A DNA stretch of 41,872 bases from a virus (taxonomy: Duplodnaviria > Caudoviricetes): the IMG/VR virus record IMGVR_UViG_3300027820_000014, positions 1 through 41,872 of that record. One strand, 5' to 3'. The position numbers and the translations under genes are program-made. How positions within the stretch are numbered: position 1 is the stretch's first letter; each line of letters starts with the position of its first letter. This document shows positions 24,640-34,877 of the stretch, one piece after another. The notes under the pieces are model-generated. The model was not told the DNA's origin. It saw only the letters and a program-made list of their open reading frames with translations, and did not search any database.

Positions 24640-24807
24640 ATGACGACATTTATGTTAAGTATGGGTGTTTTATTTATGTTCTATTGCGGTGCGTTCACGG
24701 AGCGCTATCTGACATCAAAAGATAAAAAGTCTCTTGTTATTAGTCTTTTTTCTTTACCTATGGGCTGCTTCTTTATCATTGCTGCCATTGGCGCGACGAA
24801 CCCCTAG
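24640..24807 (+). CDS. Small membrane protein (55 aa)
   Basis: RBS GGAG; two hydrophobic segments (manual translation). Confidence 0.5.
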   Translation: MTTFMLSMGVLFMFYCGAFTERYLTSKDKKSLVISLFSLPMGCFFIIAAIGATNP

Positions 24808-24837
24808 TACAGTTTTTATTAACCATTGGAGATATGT

Positions 24838-25161
24838 ATGGGCTATTGGACAGAAGACCCGATAGAGCGGCTTGAAAACAAGAAGGATGAGCTGGTGGAC
24901 ATGATGACGAACAACTTTAGAAAGTGGTGGTTTGAATCTGATGGTAGCCAGGAGTGGGCAGCGGCGCTAGATGCTGAAGGAGGAACTTTGTCTGCTATTG
25001 AAATGGTTTTTAACAAAGGTAGAAAAGCAGGGGCTGAATTCAAGGCAATAAAAATATTGCAGGAAAGTTCTTACGACCACCACACGCCCCACATGATTTG
25101 CATACCAACTGAAAAATGGAAGAAAGCTATGAAGCTGCTCGATGATAATTTCGGCTTTTAA
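24838..25161 (+). CDS. Hypothetical protein
   Basis: RBS GGAG before ATG 24838. Confidence 0.6.
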   Translation: MGYWTEDPIERLENKKDELVDMMTNNFRKWWFESDGSQEWAAALDAEGGTLSAIEMVFNKGRKAGAEFKAIKILQESSYDHHTPHMICIPTEKWKKAMKLLDDNFGF

Positions 25162-25204
25162 CCCTTACCCAGAGATAACTAAGGAGTGAATAATGGATAG
25201 AACC

Positions 25205-25603
25205 CTAAGGCGCTGCGACCATATCACCACCACGGTTAAGATACCTACCTGAACCACTGGCGCTAATAGCCACACCTGTTTGGCCTGACAGCTTAGCTGT
25301 AACGGTCTGAGCCGCGTCGTTATATATTGTATAGATGGGACCTTCTTCATCTGGAAATATTAGATCCCTACCCGTAGTTAGAACCCCCCCAGAGTCTGTG
25401 ATGGTAATAATGCAGTCGCGCCACTGCTCTGTCCCTGCTGTGGTATCTGTATCAAGGGTTAAGTTCGCATCAGACTGAAAATCTACAGTAATTCGGCCAC
25501 AAGAGGATCTTTCCAATATCTTTACAGCCTCGTTTACCGTGAGATAGGCGTTAATTTGAGACTGCTCTAATTCAGTTATTTCTAAATGAGTGGTTGTTGT
25601 CAT
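25205..25603 (-). CDS. Short tail fibre-associated protein (DUF2793-like N-terminus)
   Basis: MTTTTHLEITELEQSQ...TVNEA; last tail gene. Confidence 0.6.
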   Translation of the reverse strand: MTTTTHLEITELEQSQINAYLTVNEAVKILERSSCGRITVDFQSDANLTLDTDTTAGTEQWRDCIITITDSGGVLTTGRDLIFPDEEGPIYTIYNDAAQTVTAKLSGQTGVAISASGSGRYLNRGGDMVAAP

Positions 25604-28600
25604 TATTCACCTGCTAATTCTGTGATTTCTGAGGCAGAAAGAACTCGATCAAATATTCTCATCTGGTCGAGAGATGCGTGAAGGTAGTTGCTCGAAGCGT
25701 CCGGCTTACGGCCTATACGCCCACTTGTTGAGGTTGTATCTGATACAGTTATGGCCGTTGGCCCAGCCAAAAGAGCGCCATCCTTATAAATAGAAGCGTC
25801 GCCCCCATCCAACTGGTAAATATAGTGGTGAAAGCTGCCGTCATAATCCGGGCCGCTTCCGAAATCATAAGAGTGGTTTGTGCCGCCGCCTGTCTCAGTA
25901 AATGCGCCAAAGTTCCCTGTATCTCCTCGTATCTCAAGCCAGTTGATATTAGTGGCTTGCGACTCCCCTGATGCGCCTCTGGAAACAATGATGTCGGCCG
26001 TTCCAGGGGCGCTGCTTACCTTCATCCAGAAAGACACGGCAAAATCGTCATTAGGCAGGATGCCGCCGATATTTGCCGAGTCTGGGGAGCCTTCAAAGAC
26101 CACCGCGCTGGCAAGATGGCCTGCTTCTTGTGGTGGCGACCCTGCTAAGACAGCATCATTCCCATTTGTGGATCGGTCAATAAGCGACCCGCTAGTAATA
26201 TCATTAAAGTCATAAAATGCGATAAGGTCTGGGTGATTGTCGGCGAGAATTGGGCCTTCAGAAACTACGGTTTCCGCAGGATAGCCTCGACCCACCGTGT
26301 CAGACATTTGATAAACTCGGTAGCCTACGGATGTTTTTAACAGGCTAAAGTCTTCTGTCTGCTGAGCGCCAGTATAGGTTACCGTTGGAGATGACGAGGT
26401 TAGTGTTCTAACCGCTGATCCTTCAGAGATAATATCCCATTCATAGGCTTCTGTCGTTTCTCCGACAGGCGGCTCTACGCCTGTGACAAGCCAATTATCA
26501 CTTAGCCGAGATCGTCTATCAGCCGTGAATACCCAATCATCGCCCGATTTGCTACCACCCAAATTAACCAAGTTATAAGGCTTCAGGTTTTCCCCTGTGT
26601 AGATAAAAGAGTTATCTGTGGCACTATTAATGCCCTTGCCTTGGGTTATAGCTCTATATAAACGCTCTACGCCTATATCTGAGACGTTTGCAGCCATAAA
26701 CGCAGCATCAGCGTCAGAAAGGAATACAAACACATCCCCTACTTCGTGTAAGCCTGAGTATCGGGCTGAATTTTGAAGCCCTCTAGCAAGGGTTGAGACA
26801 GTAGCCGACCCATCGCTATTGGTTACGGCATTCACTAGCCGACCTATTTCCCATCGCCCATGTGCGCCGTAGGCAAACCAGTTCTTTCCGGTCATCATCT
26901 GTGCTTCTGTAATAGAAGAAATAGACATGGATGAACTATAGAAATCTATCGTTAGCTCGCTAGTCCTGTCGATGGTTAAGCCGTCATGCTCGCCCAAAGG
27001 ATCACGGCATACGCCCATCGTCACCGGATTGGCATAACCTTGGATTGATTTCCATGTTTGGCCGCTATCGACGGATCGGGCAATAACACCACCAGGCCAT
27101 CCTGCGGTTCTACCAGATACAGCACCACCAAAACCGGGGACGTTATCAGCGTCCCGAATCAGTGGAATATCTAATAAGTGAAGGACGGAAGTCCCGGCAA
27201 ACGCAATAGTGGTATCGCCTTGTATTGTGGTTCCACCCTCTGCGTTAGGATTATATAAAGCGGGGCCGTTCAGTTTAGAGCTAATCTCTAACCGACCATC
27301 CGCAAGATAGTTAATCTGGGTAATTCTGAATTCATACGTTGCCCAGGGTGTTAGTAATGTAACAGCGTCAGCAGGCTCTAAAGCTTGATAGGTTTGGGGT
27401 AGCTTCCAGAGGGGGAAGTCATAACGCTCTAACCATCTGCGCTCGAATTCTGTCTGTGCAATGTTGGCAGCATGGTCAGGGGTTAAGACTAAAGGTATTT
27501 CATAGTCTTCGATATTGACCGCTTCAGATGAAATCCTTTCGTGTGATGGTTCAGAGTTATTATTATAGTTGCGCCCAGAATCAACAAAATTAACAATCAT
27601 TTTACGAGGGAGCTGGGAATCCATTTCTCTTGTAAAAGGTAACGCCGTCCCAGGCGAGCTACCGAACGGCCTTGCGTCCAAATCATCCCAATCAATGGTC
27701 ATCACCGAGCTGCCGCCACGCTTGACGGCTTTCAGTTGGTAGCCGCTATTAATCAGATCAAACCCATAGGCGCTCCTTAATGGAGCTATTTGAGACCGGA
27801 TAGAATGAAGGCCAACCGTGGTATAACCATCCACTACGTCAGAGGCTAGTGCGGTTAAATCTAAATCCCCTGGCTGTATAAGTTGTGACTTCTCGGATCT
27901 TCGTCTAACCACCGATTCTAGGGATGGGCCATCTAAACCAATAGCAGGCAGCTTGTAACGCTCTACGTATGCCTCATCAAGATTGTTGTCTTTGCCGAAA
28001 CGTGTGGCTATGCCTCGACTAATATTGATCTGAGCTTCATTGTCAATTGCTCCACCTAACGAGGGCAAAGAAATTTTTTCAGAAACATAAGAGAGGTCAT
28101 CGGGGGCGATGTAAATACTGTTAATAAAGTTGAGGCCAAAGCAGAAGTATAAAAAGCCGTTATCCCACCTTACCCTAACATTGTCGCCGTGGTAGCTTTG
28201 GCCGGAAATATTAAAAGAGATAGAAGCTATTTCGGTTAAATCTTCATCATAGATTTTTACCGTGTTTTCTCCAACACCATAAAGATTACCGGAGTCATCG
28301 ACAGCAATAGAGTGAACCTGAAAACCAGGCTCAACATACTGGGATTCTCTGTATATCCTGTCTGAGCTATACCTAACCCCATAGTAAACACCGTTCTTTA
28401 CTACAATGTCACCGCTAGGGTAGTTAGCAACTTCAAATGGACTAGGAAAGTAGCTCTCGTCAATGGGGAAGATGGGAACATCAGTGACCCCTGCCGCGTT
28501 ATTATTACCGCTGCCAACGGGCTGCACGAAGGAAAAATAGTGGTCTATCCCCACCTCCCATGACCTATAGGCATCAACTCCATTCCACTGTTCAAAAACT

Positions 28601-29418
28601 ACTGTCTCCGGAGTTAGATACCGAGCGTAACAATCATTATCATTAGGCAGTGGAATAGTCTGTTTGCTTAATAAAACAGCGGAATTATCACCTGAGTCGG
28701 CGATAACCTCGGCTTTAACCTGAAGGCCAGCAAGGGAGTTATTAAAATCATCAAGCGGCCAATCATAAAACATTAAATAGGATCGGCCACGATAGGCAGG
28801 GCATTTATCTACGCCTAAATCTGCCACCATCCTGGGGTCTTGCGGTTGATCGTCATAACCAGGGTAAAGGCGAACCGTCCCCCCGGTTGGATTTTGATCT
28901 AAGCTGGCCTTTAATAGCCCTGTATCACTTTGCAGGGCAAACGTTGGGTAAACTTCTCCCGTTGCAATGGCCGTTTCAAAATCTTCCGTGAGCGTATTAG
29001 CAACAAGATCAGATAGAAGCCACAACCTGCCTATCCCTTTAATTTGGTGATCTGTTAACAACACCATGAAAGTAGCAGTGTATTTAAACGTGACACTGGT
29101 TTGGCTTGAGCCACCCTTACCCCCCGCATCTTCCTCGACACGGGTTTCTTTTATCTTGCCATTCTCAACCCAACAAACCGTGCCAGAAATACCCTGTGTT
29201 CCGTCTAGCGAGGCAATGCCAGAGCCATAGGTAGACGTTTGGGCCCTTGTGTCGTCCAGTCTTGGGCCAACGAGGTCAGGCCCAGGTGGTGGATCTAGCG
29301 CCCCACCGATAGAAGCTCCGTAAGCTGCTCCCTTTAATGCGCCCCCAGGATTCCCTCCTGTAGCAACAAAACCAACAGCAGCACCAACAGCCCCGCCTAT
29401 TAACTGGCCGTCACTCAT
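25603..29418 (-). CDS. Tail tip / host-specificity protein (GTA-like) with C-terminal LamG/ConA domain
   Basis: GPRL, GGKGG, PAYRGRSY, LDIPLIRD; C-terminal LDQMRIFDRVLSASEI. Confidence 0.88.
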   Translation of the reverse strand: MSDGQLIGGAVGAAVGFVATGGNPGGALKGAAYGASIGGALDPPPGPDLVGPRLDDTRAQTSTYGSGIASLDGTQGISGTVCWVENGKIKETRVEEDAGGKGGSSQTSVTFKYTATFMVLLTDHQIKGIGRLWLLSDLVANTLTEDFETAIATGEVYPTFALQSDTGLLKASLDQNPTGGTVRLYPGYDDQPQDPRMVADLGVDKCPAYRGRSYLMFYDWPLDDFNNSLAGLQVKAEVIADSGDNSAVLLSKQTIPLPNDNDCYARYLTPETVVFEQWNGVDAYRSWEVGIDHYFSFVQPVGSGNNNAAGVTDVPIFPIDESYFPSPFEVANYPSGDIVVKNGVYYGVRYSSDRIYRESQYVEPGFQVHSIAVDDSGNLYGVGENTVKIYDEDLTEIASISFNISGQSYHGDNVRVRWDNGFLYFCFGLNFINSIYIAPDDLSYVSEKISLPSLGGAIDNEAQINISRGIATRFGKDNNLDEAYVERYKLPAIGLDGPSLESVVRRRSEKSQLIQPGDLDLTALASDVVDGYTTVGLHSIRSQIAPLRSAYGFDLINSGYQLKAVKRGGSSVMTIDWDDLDARPFGSSPGTALPFTREMDSQLPRKMIVNFVDSGRNYNNNSEPSHERISSEAVNIEDYEIPLVLTPDHAANIAQTEFERRWLERYDFPLWKLPQTYQALEPADAVTLLTPWATYEFRITQINYLADGRLEISSKLNGPALYNPNAEGGTTIQGDTTIAFAGTSVLHLLDIPLIRDADNVPGFGGAVSGRTAGWPGGVIARSVDSGQTWKSIQGYANPVTMGVCRDPLGEHDGLTIDRTSELTIDFYSSSMSISSITEAQMMTGKNWFAYGAHGRWEIGRLVNAVTNSDGSATVSTLARGLQNSARYSGLHEVGDVFVFLSDADAAFMAANVSDIGVERLYRAITQGKGINSATDNSFIYTGENLKPYNLVNLGGSKSGDDWVFTADRRSRLSDNWLVTGVEPPVGETTEAYEWDIISEGSAVRTLTSSSPTVTYTGAQQTEDFSLLKTSVGYRVYQMSDTVGRGYPAETVVSEGPILADNHPDLIAFYDFNDITSGSLIDRSTNGNDAVLAGSPPQEAGHLASAVVFEGSPDSANIGGILPNDDFAVSFWMKVSSAPGTADIIVSRGASGESQATNINWLEIRGDTGNFGAFTETGGGTNHSYDFGSGPDYDGSFHHYIYQLDGGDASIYKDGALLAGPTAITVSDTTSTSGRIGRKPDASSNYLHASLDQMRIFDRVLSASEITELAGE

Positions 29419-29825
29419 TCGACTATCCTATAAACAAGCTTCAATTGGGGCTTCCAGGGTTTAAAAGGCACTTCAACGACTCGCTTGACGGTAGAGCAGG
29501 CATGAATAATGTTTTTACCGGTATAAATACCGATATGTTGGGGGGATGTTTCAATACGAAAAACAATGACATCGCCGGGGGATAGTTCTGATCTGTGGAT
29601 TCTTTTAAGGTGGGGCTGACTGTCTAAATTCTTCTCTATCGCACCACCAAAAGGGATGCGCGGGTACGCTTTTCTCTCGTTGTAATTGAGGTTTTTGCGC
29701 TTAAAGATATGAGCCAAATGGCCGGCACAATCTATCCCTTTTACACTGTCCCTACCTTGGTGAACGAAAGGCGTACCAAGGCACTCCCTCGCTATCGCCA
29801 GAATGCTATTCACCCTTTCCGACAT
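29415..29825 (-). CDS. NlpC/P60 tail-associated peptidase
   Basis: LGTPFVHQGR...GIDCAG...QHIGI...IIHA. Confidence 0.9.
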   Translation of the reverse strand: MSERVNSILAIARECLGTPFVHQGRDSVKGIDCAGHLAHIFKRKNLNYNERKAYPRIPFGGAIEKNLDSQPHLKRIHRSELSPGDVIVFRIETSPQHIGIYTGKNIIHACSTVKRVVEVPFKPWKPQLKLVYRIVE

Positions 29826-30693
29826 AGGTGTAAGCCTCCTCAGTAATTAAATCGGGATAACCGCCGTAGTTAATGGCGTTGTCGTAGGTTTGAGAGCAGT
29901 CGCCATCCCTGTCATGATCGCAACCCCTGTGGGCTTTATAGGTATCTCCAACTTCAATGGTGTAATGCGCGGCTTGGTGGGTTTCTATGGTTCCATCAGC
30001 TAAGGAAGATTTAATCTCGAATGATCGAAGGCCCGCGTTATTTCCTGTCAGCCAGAGAACAGAGCCATACTTGAAGTAGTCCACCGCCTCCGACCTGCCA
30101 GAGTCGGCCCACACCGCTTGAGACGTCACACTGGTGACTGTTCCGGTAACGGTATAATCGGCGAGGCTTGGCCCGTCTGGGGCTGACCTTTTGCCAGTGC
30201 AACGAGAACGATCTGAGGCGATAATGTCGCCGTCTAGGGTTTCATCACAAAAGACATAAGGGCATTTAGCTATAACGGTTGAGCCTGTACGCTGATTCAG
30301 CGCATCGGCTTGATCCATTTGCTCAATAACGTATCGGTCATCTTCTAGCCTGCCCTTACCCATAATGGTTAAAGAAACTTTCTCTTCATCCACTACGGGG
30401 TTGGCCCAAGACGTTTTAAACGTGAAGACGCGGGCGTTATCTAAAAGCCCTGAAATTAATTGATCTCTTGTTATACCCGCAGCCGCGAAATAGCCCTCAG
30501 CATCGTGAACTGCTGGGGATAGGTCAGCCGACGAGGTTATATCCGTAGGTTGATAGAACGGATTCGCCACATAGGTTTCACCACTGATAACAAGGTCGTG
30601 TGAATATGAAATGAACCTGAAGATAGATCCGCCAACCGTCTCGTATCGTGTACAAAATACGGACGTTTCGGGGTCTGCCACTACACTTTTCAT
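29806..30693 (-). CDS. Baseplate hub / tail tip protein (DUF2163-like)
   Basis: FISYSHDL, W.TGNNAG, GCDH...C...NAINYGGYP. Confidence 0.85.
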   Translation of the reverse strand: MKSVVADPETSVFCTRYETVGGSIFRFISYSHDLVISGETYVANPFYQPTDITSSADLSPAVHDAEGYFAAAGITRDQLISGLLDNARVFTFKTSWANPVVDEEKVSLTIMGKGRLEDDRYVIEQMDQADALNQRTGSTVIAKCPYVFCDETLDGDIIASDRSRCTGKRSAPDGPSLADYTVTGTVTSVTSQAVWADSGRSEAVDYFKYGSVLWLTGNNAGLRSFEIKSSLADGTIETHQAAHYTIEVGDTYKAHRGCDHDRDGDCSQTYDNAINYGGYPDLITEEAYTYVGKGE

Positions 30694-30699
30694 AGGCAA

Positions 30700-30722
30700 T
30701 AAAAAACCCGCTGTAGCGGGTT
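30700..30722 (-). terminator. Intrinsic terminator
   Basis: AACCCGC-TACA-GCGGGTT hairpin with T-run. Confidence 0.75.
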
Positions 30723-30740
30723 CCGTGGGAAGGGGTTTAT

Positions 30741-31643
30741 TTAAGCTTTAGGGTCGAGAAGTTCAACCAAAGAAATGCCTGTGCTTAATACTTCGTAGTT
30801 TGCGAAATTAATATCTAACGCTGAGTCAAAACGCATGGGCAAATCGAAGTAACAACCCGCCGTTACCGTTTCGTTTATCTGCGGGGCTGTATTAGTTTCG
30901 CCCCCAGAGGTATAGGTGGAGAATAATGTACTGTCTATATCTACAGTAACCGTAGTCGCGTCTGTCGCCGTTATTGTGCCTCTCAGCCCGTTTATTTCAG
31001 TCATACCCGATACGCTGGATATATGGATAGAATCGTCTACAACGCGCCCATGTGAAGCGCCAAGAGTAATAACCGCAGATGAAGCATTAGATATACCTGT
31101 GATTGCGTTCTGACTGTTAGCTGTGAAAGTAACGATGCCCGTGGTGTTATCAACAGCCCACCGCGTAACGTCTGGGTCGGGATCGGTGCTGATTTCAACA
31201 ATTTGATGAGGGTTATCGAAATCATCACGAATACCCACAAGCACAGAATCAGCAACAGGCTTTTTTAGTCTTCTGCGGGTAGACTCATTATCTGTCTCAG
31301 GGCCATACCATCGCGTTATTTGATAGCTGGTTCCCGTGGTTAATACTGCTTTTTGATCATTATAAGTGGGGACATCAATATAATTATTAGTAGAAAAATC
31401 CTCGAAATGCTTTGCCCTAAAACCGCCATGTATGCCGCCTGACCGCATATAAAGGTCTTTGACAGACTGGCGAATTTCACCGCGATCGTTCAATAAATTA
31501 ATGTGATACGTCACCCTCGGATAAGGGTGGATTAACTTGCTATGACTATTCCATGCCTGTGTTTCGCTAGGGATAACAGCAAACTCTTCAGTAAATCCGG
31601 AGCCGTATAAAAGCCTCTCTGTTACTCTTTCTTCTAGAAACAT
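30741..31643 (-). CDS. Distal tail protein (DUF2460-like) with inserted FCCH-like beta domain
   Basis: GFRAKHFED, VDNTTGIVTF, VTAGCYFDLPMRFDS; insert ITGISNASSAVIT...MTEING...YTSGG. Confidence 0.8.
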   Translation of the reverse strand: MFLEERVTERLLYGSGFTEEFAVIPSETQAWNSHSKLIHPYPRVTYHINLLNDRGEIRQSVKDLYMRSGGIHGGFRAKHFEDFSTNNYIDVPTYNDQKAVLTTGTSYQITRWYGPETDNESTRRRLKKPVADSVLVGIRDDFDNPHQIVEISTDPDPDVTRWAVDNTTGIVTFTANSQNAITGISNASSAVITLGASHGRVVDDSIHISSVSGMTEINGLRGTITATDATTVTVDIDSTLFSTYTSGGETNTAPQINETVTAGCYFDLPMRFDSALDINFANYEVLSTGISLVELLDPKA

Positions 31644-33709
31644 TATTTCACTCTCGCGGCTGCGGCATTAGCCTGGTTTAACTGCCTGTGAAGCTGGCCT
31701 AAAGCCCGGTTGTTTTCTTTGCGATCAGGGCCAGCAACGAATGTAATGTTGTTGGTGGTGTTTCCGCCCACCTTATTCATCGGCAATATAGTGCCCTTCA
31801 CGCCGTCTGGAATGTGGAGCTCTGGGCCTTTTTCGCCAACAATAGATACTTTGTTTGGATCTGGTCTTCCGCCTTCTGCAAAGAACCCACCGAAGAAATC
31901 AAGCGCCCCGTTCGCGAGGGAATCAACGTTACCGCCAGTGTTGTCTTTTCCACCTAACCCGATAGCATGAAGAACATCTGCGGCAACCGCCTCAGAGACC
32001 ATCTTCATCAACATATCTGCGAAACCCTGAAGCATCCCATCTACACCATCCTGGAATGGGTCGAAAAGGAAGTCTGCAAAAGCGTCTTGTAGGTTTCTGG
32101 CAGCTTCATCGGCGAAACTGTTGGTTTCTTCACTGAGCTTTTCTAGCTGCTCACTGTATCTGGCGGCTTCTTTTTCAAGCAGAGAAGCCCTCTGTGCTGA
32201 AGATTCTGCTGTGTTACTTAGAATGATTTCCCGGCGTTTTTCGTAAGAATCTTTGAGCGCTTCTTCTTCAGTGCGAAGAGATTCCACAACGGCATCAAAT
32301 GACTTTTGAGACCGCGCGGCCTCGTTTTTTAGATCAAGGTCTTGAGCTAATGTTTTCAGGGATTCTTTTTGTGATTGATTTAATTTAGAAAGGGAACCGT
32401 TGGCCAGATCATAATTGATAGCCGCCGCCTGACCTGTTTCTCCGTAAAGTGCGACTTGACGCTTTAGGCTAGACTCTAAGGTTTCAAACTGTTTCAGGAG
32501 GGCTTTTTCTTCTTTTGATGGCTCATTACTTCCGCCACCAGAGCCTTTATTTCTGCCAGATTTTAGGTCTGCGAGTCGGCCTTCTAGCTCTTTTTTATCT
32601 TTTGCAATGCGGTCAGCAAACCTATCTGAAAAACTCCCCTTGTTTTCTCTTTCGTTAAACCCTTTCTCGAATTCTTCACGATAATGCTTGCCCATTGACT
32701 CGTACGCAGCGGCATACCTTTTTTGCACTTTGGCACTTTCAGCCAAAGACTTGTTTATTCCACCGAAACTGAAGAACTCATCTATTTCTGCCCCGATTCT
32801 AAGAAGATCTGCCGCAAACTCAGCAACCTGTGCTTTGCTTTCTTTCCATCCGAGAATCATTTCCTCTATTGAATCGCCAATAGCACCAATAGATGCTTCA
32901 GCAATATCACCCACAATAGAGGCTGTGTCGGCAAAACCATTGGCTTGAAGAGACGCACCTAAATACATCGTCGCAACAGACTCAATGGCGGGGGCAAGCT
33001 CAACCGTTAGCCTGTTGGCAAAACCTTTAGAGACAGCCCCCGCCCTTGTTAAAGCATCGTTAGCTGCTTCAACTTGTGCAGCATCAACCCGGCTTAATGA
33101 CAAGCCTAGCGTGTCTGCCTCTTCTTGAAATTTCTTTAAACCTTCAGAGCCGACTTCCAAGGTTTTAATTAACTTAATACCCTGCCTGCCAAATATCTCA
33201 TAGGCTATCGCCGCACGCTCAGCCTGATCGGGAATTGTTCCCAGTTTGTCGCCAATAAGCGCAAACATTTCATCAGGGGACTTACCCCTAATGTCATCAA
33301 CTGAGATCCCTAGCTTCTCGAAAGAGCCTACCGCCTCACCTATGCCATCTTTGAAGTCGTTAACATTTACAACAAGACGTTCAAGACCTTTTCTTAAACC
33401 CTCATTTGTTGCCCCATTAATCGCCGCAGCTTGCTCTAAACCAGCCAGAGCCTCAGTGCTAATGCCAACAGAATCTGCAAACTTGGCTTGTGCATCAATG
33501 GACTTTCTGGTCTCGTTGACCATGACAGCAGCGCCTGCCGCTGCCGCCGCAAGTGCCACACCGCCTATCTTCGCAGCAGAGGCAAGCTTTCGACCTATAT
33601 CCTCACCAAAACGCTTAGCGTCAGTGCTGGCCGATTTAAGGTCGCGATTGAACTTTGTCTTGTCCGCCGATAGCTCAGCAACAAATTTTTCAATGACTCT
33701 TTTAGCCAC
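31643..33709 (-). CDS. Tail tape measure protein
   Basis: 688 aa; Ala-rich helical; C-terminal FAEGG...VGEKGPEL. Confidence 0.92.
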   Translation of the reverse strand: MAKRVIEKFVAELSADKTKFNRDLKSASTDAKRFGEDIGRKLASAAKIGGVALAAAAAGAAVMVNETRKSIDAQAKFADSVGISTEALAGLEQAAAINGATNEGLRKGLERLVVNVNDFKDGIGEAVGSFEKLGISVDDIRGKSPDEMFALIGDKLGTIPDQAERAAIAYEIFGRQGIKLIKTLEVGSEGLKKFQEEADTLGLSLSRVDAAQVEAANDALTRAGAVSKGFANRLTVELAPAIESVATMYLGASLQANGFADTASIVGDIAEASIGAIGDSIEEMILGWKESKAQVAEFAADLLRIGAEIDEFFSFGGINKSLAESAKVQKRYAAAYESMGKHYREEFEKGFNERENKGSFSDRFADRIAKDKKELEGRLADLKSGRNKGSGGGSNEPSKEEKALLKQFETLESSLKRQVALYGETGQAAAINYDLANGSLSKLNQSQKESLKTLAQDLDLKNEAARSQKSFDAVVESLRTEEEALKDSYEKRREIILSNTAESSAQRASLLEKEAARYSEQLEKLSEETNSFADEAARNLQDAFADFLFDPFQDGVDGMLQGFADMLMKMVSEAVAADVLHAIGLGGKDNTGGNVDSLANGALDFFGGFFAEGGRPDPNKVSIVGEKGPELHIPDGVKGTILPMNKVGGNTTNNITFVAGPDRKENNRALGQLHRQLNQANAAAARVK

Positions 33710-34045
33710 TCGGTTCTCCGCGCATCACAGCTTTCATATTTCTAACGAGTTGATCGGCTTCCATCTCTTCCCTTAATTCAGGATCGAATTCACGCCAATC
33801 TCTTCTAGGGGTGAGAAAATCAGAGGTTGATGGGGCGTTTTCGCCGCCTCGATAGATAAGCCACATTCGTCTTGCTAACGTGGCAAACTGAAGGTCTAGG
33901 GCCTTCCAACCAGAAGGCTCGATATATTCCCAGGCCTCCCAAAGAGGCATTTCATCGGATGGGATTCTTCGCCCTACTTCTGCTATGGAGCAGCCCCATT
34001 GATCCGCTTTTCGGATGCGAAACTCTAAGCCTGCATCCGTTAGGA
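33702..34045 (-). CDS. Tail assembly chaperone gpT part (expressed as a G-T fusion)
   Basis: The -1 frame is open from the slippery site (ILTDAGLEFRIRK...) into ORF 33702-33950. Confidence 0.8.
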
Positions 34046-34052
34046 TTTTTTT
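34011..34052 (-). other. Programmed -1 frameshift: A AAA AAA (34046-34052) plus CGGATGC/GCATCCG hairpin
   Basis: Canonical G/GT position; 7-bp stem 6 nt downstream of the slip site. Confidence 0.85.
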
Positions 34053-34384
34053 GCGGCTTCTGCCAAATCCTCAGCACCACGATTAAGCGCCATCCAGTCA
34101 AGCATCAGGCTTTGAATTACGCCTTTGTCGATCTTGGATCGGAAACTGGCAATCTGCTCCGGTGTTGGCTTGCAGTCCTGCCCCTCGATGGCACGGATAA
34201 CAAACCCCGTGCAATCATCGTCTGAGACTGGACTGCCATCGTTATCGGCCAGTTTTTCGGCAACTTCCTTGAATGCATCAGCGTCGAAAGTATGAAGCTC
34301 AAACTTTAAGCCGTTACCGTAATCAACTTCCTTTGTCCGAAAACGGGGGGGGCTATTGAGAATATCGTCGAGTGATAACCCCAT
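34040..34384 (-). CDS. Tail assembly chaperone gpG
   Basis: Between major tail and tape measure genes; ends AAKKS; TAATG coupling. Confidence 0.8.
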   Translation of the reverse strand: MGLSLDDILNSPPRFRTKEVDYGNGLKFELHTFDADAFKEVAEKLADNDGSPVSDDDCTGFVIRAIEGQDCKPTPEQIASFRSKIDKGVIQSLMLDWMALNRGAEDLAEAAKKS

Positions 34385-34812
34385 TAGATAACCGTCCAAG
34401 CAGTTGCGCCGGTTTGCTGGCCAAAGATATTCATCTTCAACTGAGCGCCGCCTTCAGCTTCTTGCATCATTCTGCCGCTGTGAACAACACTAAAGACCGC
34501 CTGATGATTATTTTTATACTCAACCTTGTACCGAAGCGTTGCGTCTGCGTCGACTTCCGCAAGGTAGGCAACATAAGCAGAATCACCGGGCTGATCATTA
34601 AACGTGATTGTTTTGCTGGGTGGCGTTTTAAGACCGCGAATATATTCACGAACCTCTTGCGAAATAGGCGTGGTTTCGATGAACTCCCCCGTTTCGCCAA
34701 TCTCCCCAACATTTAGCGCATTAGGTAGCAATACCCATGTGCCTGGTGAAGCGGATGGCTCGTAATACATTTTTGAACCAGCACCTAAAGTCGGTAAAGT
34801 TGAACCGGCCAT
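34384..34812 (-). CDS. Major tail tube protein
   Basis: LGAGSK...IETTPIS...EYIRGLK; position. Confidence 0.8.
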   Translation of the reverse strand: MAGSTLPTLGAGSKMYYEPSASPGTWVLLPNALNVGEIGETGEFIETTPISQEVREYIRGLKTPPSKTITFNDQPGDSAYVAYLAEVDADATLRYKVEYKNNHQAVFSVVHSGRMMQEAEGGAQLKMNIFGQQTGATAWTVI

Positions 34813-34828
34813 ACTTTTCTCCTGTCAT

Positions 34829-34853
34829 AAAAAAAGCCCCTAAAAAGGGGCTT
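34829..34853 (-). terminator. Intrinsic terminator
   Basis: AAGCCCCT/AGGGGCTT hairpin with T-run. Confidence 0.7.
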
Positions 34854-34877
34854 GATTCGTTTGTTTAAAGTGAGGTT

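Noticed and set aside
25205-29418. Diversity-generating retroelement or invertible tail-fibre system
   Set aside because: No reverse transcriptase or invertase in the genome; no TR/VR pair noticed.
33702-34384. G/GT frameshift as a novelty
   Set aside because: Real but conserved and well known in long-tailed phages.
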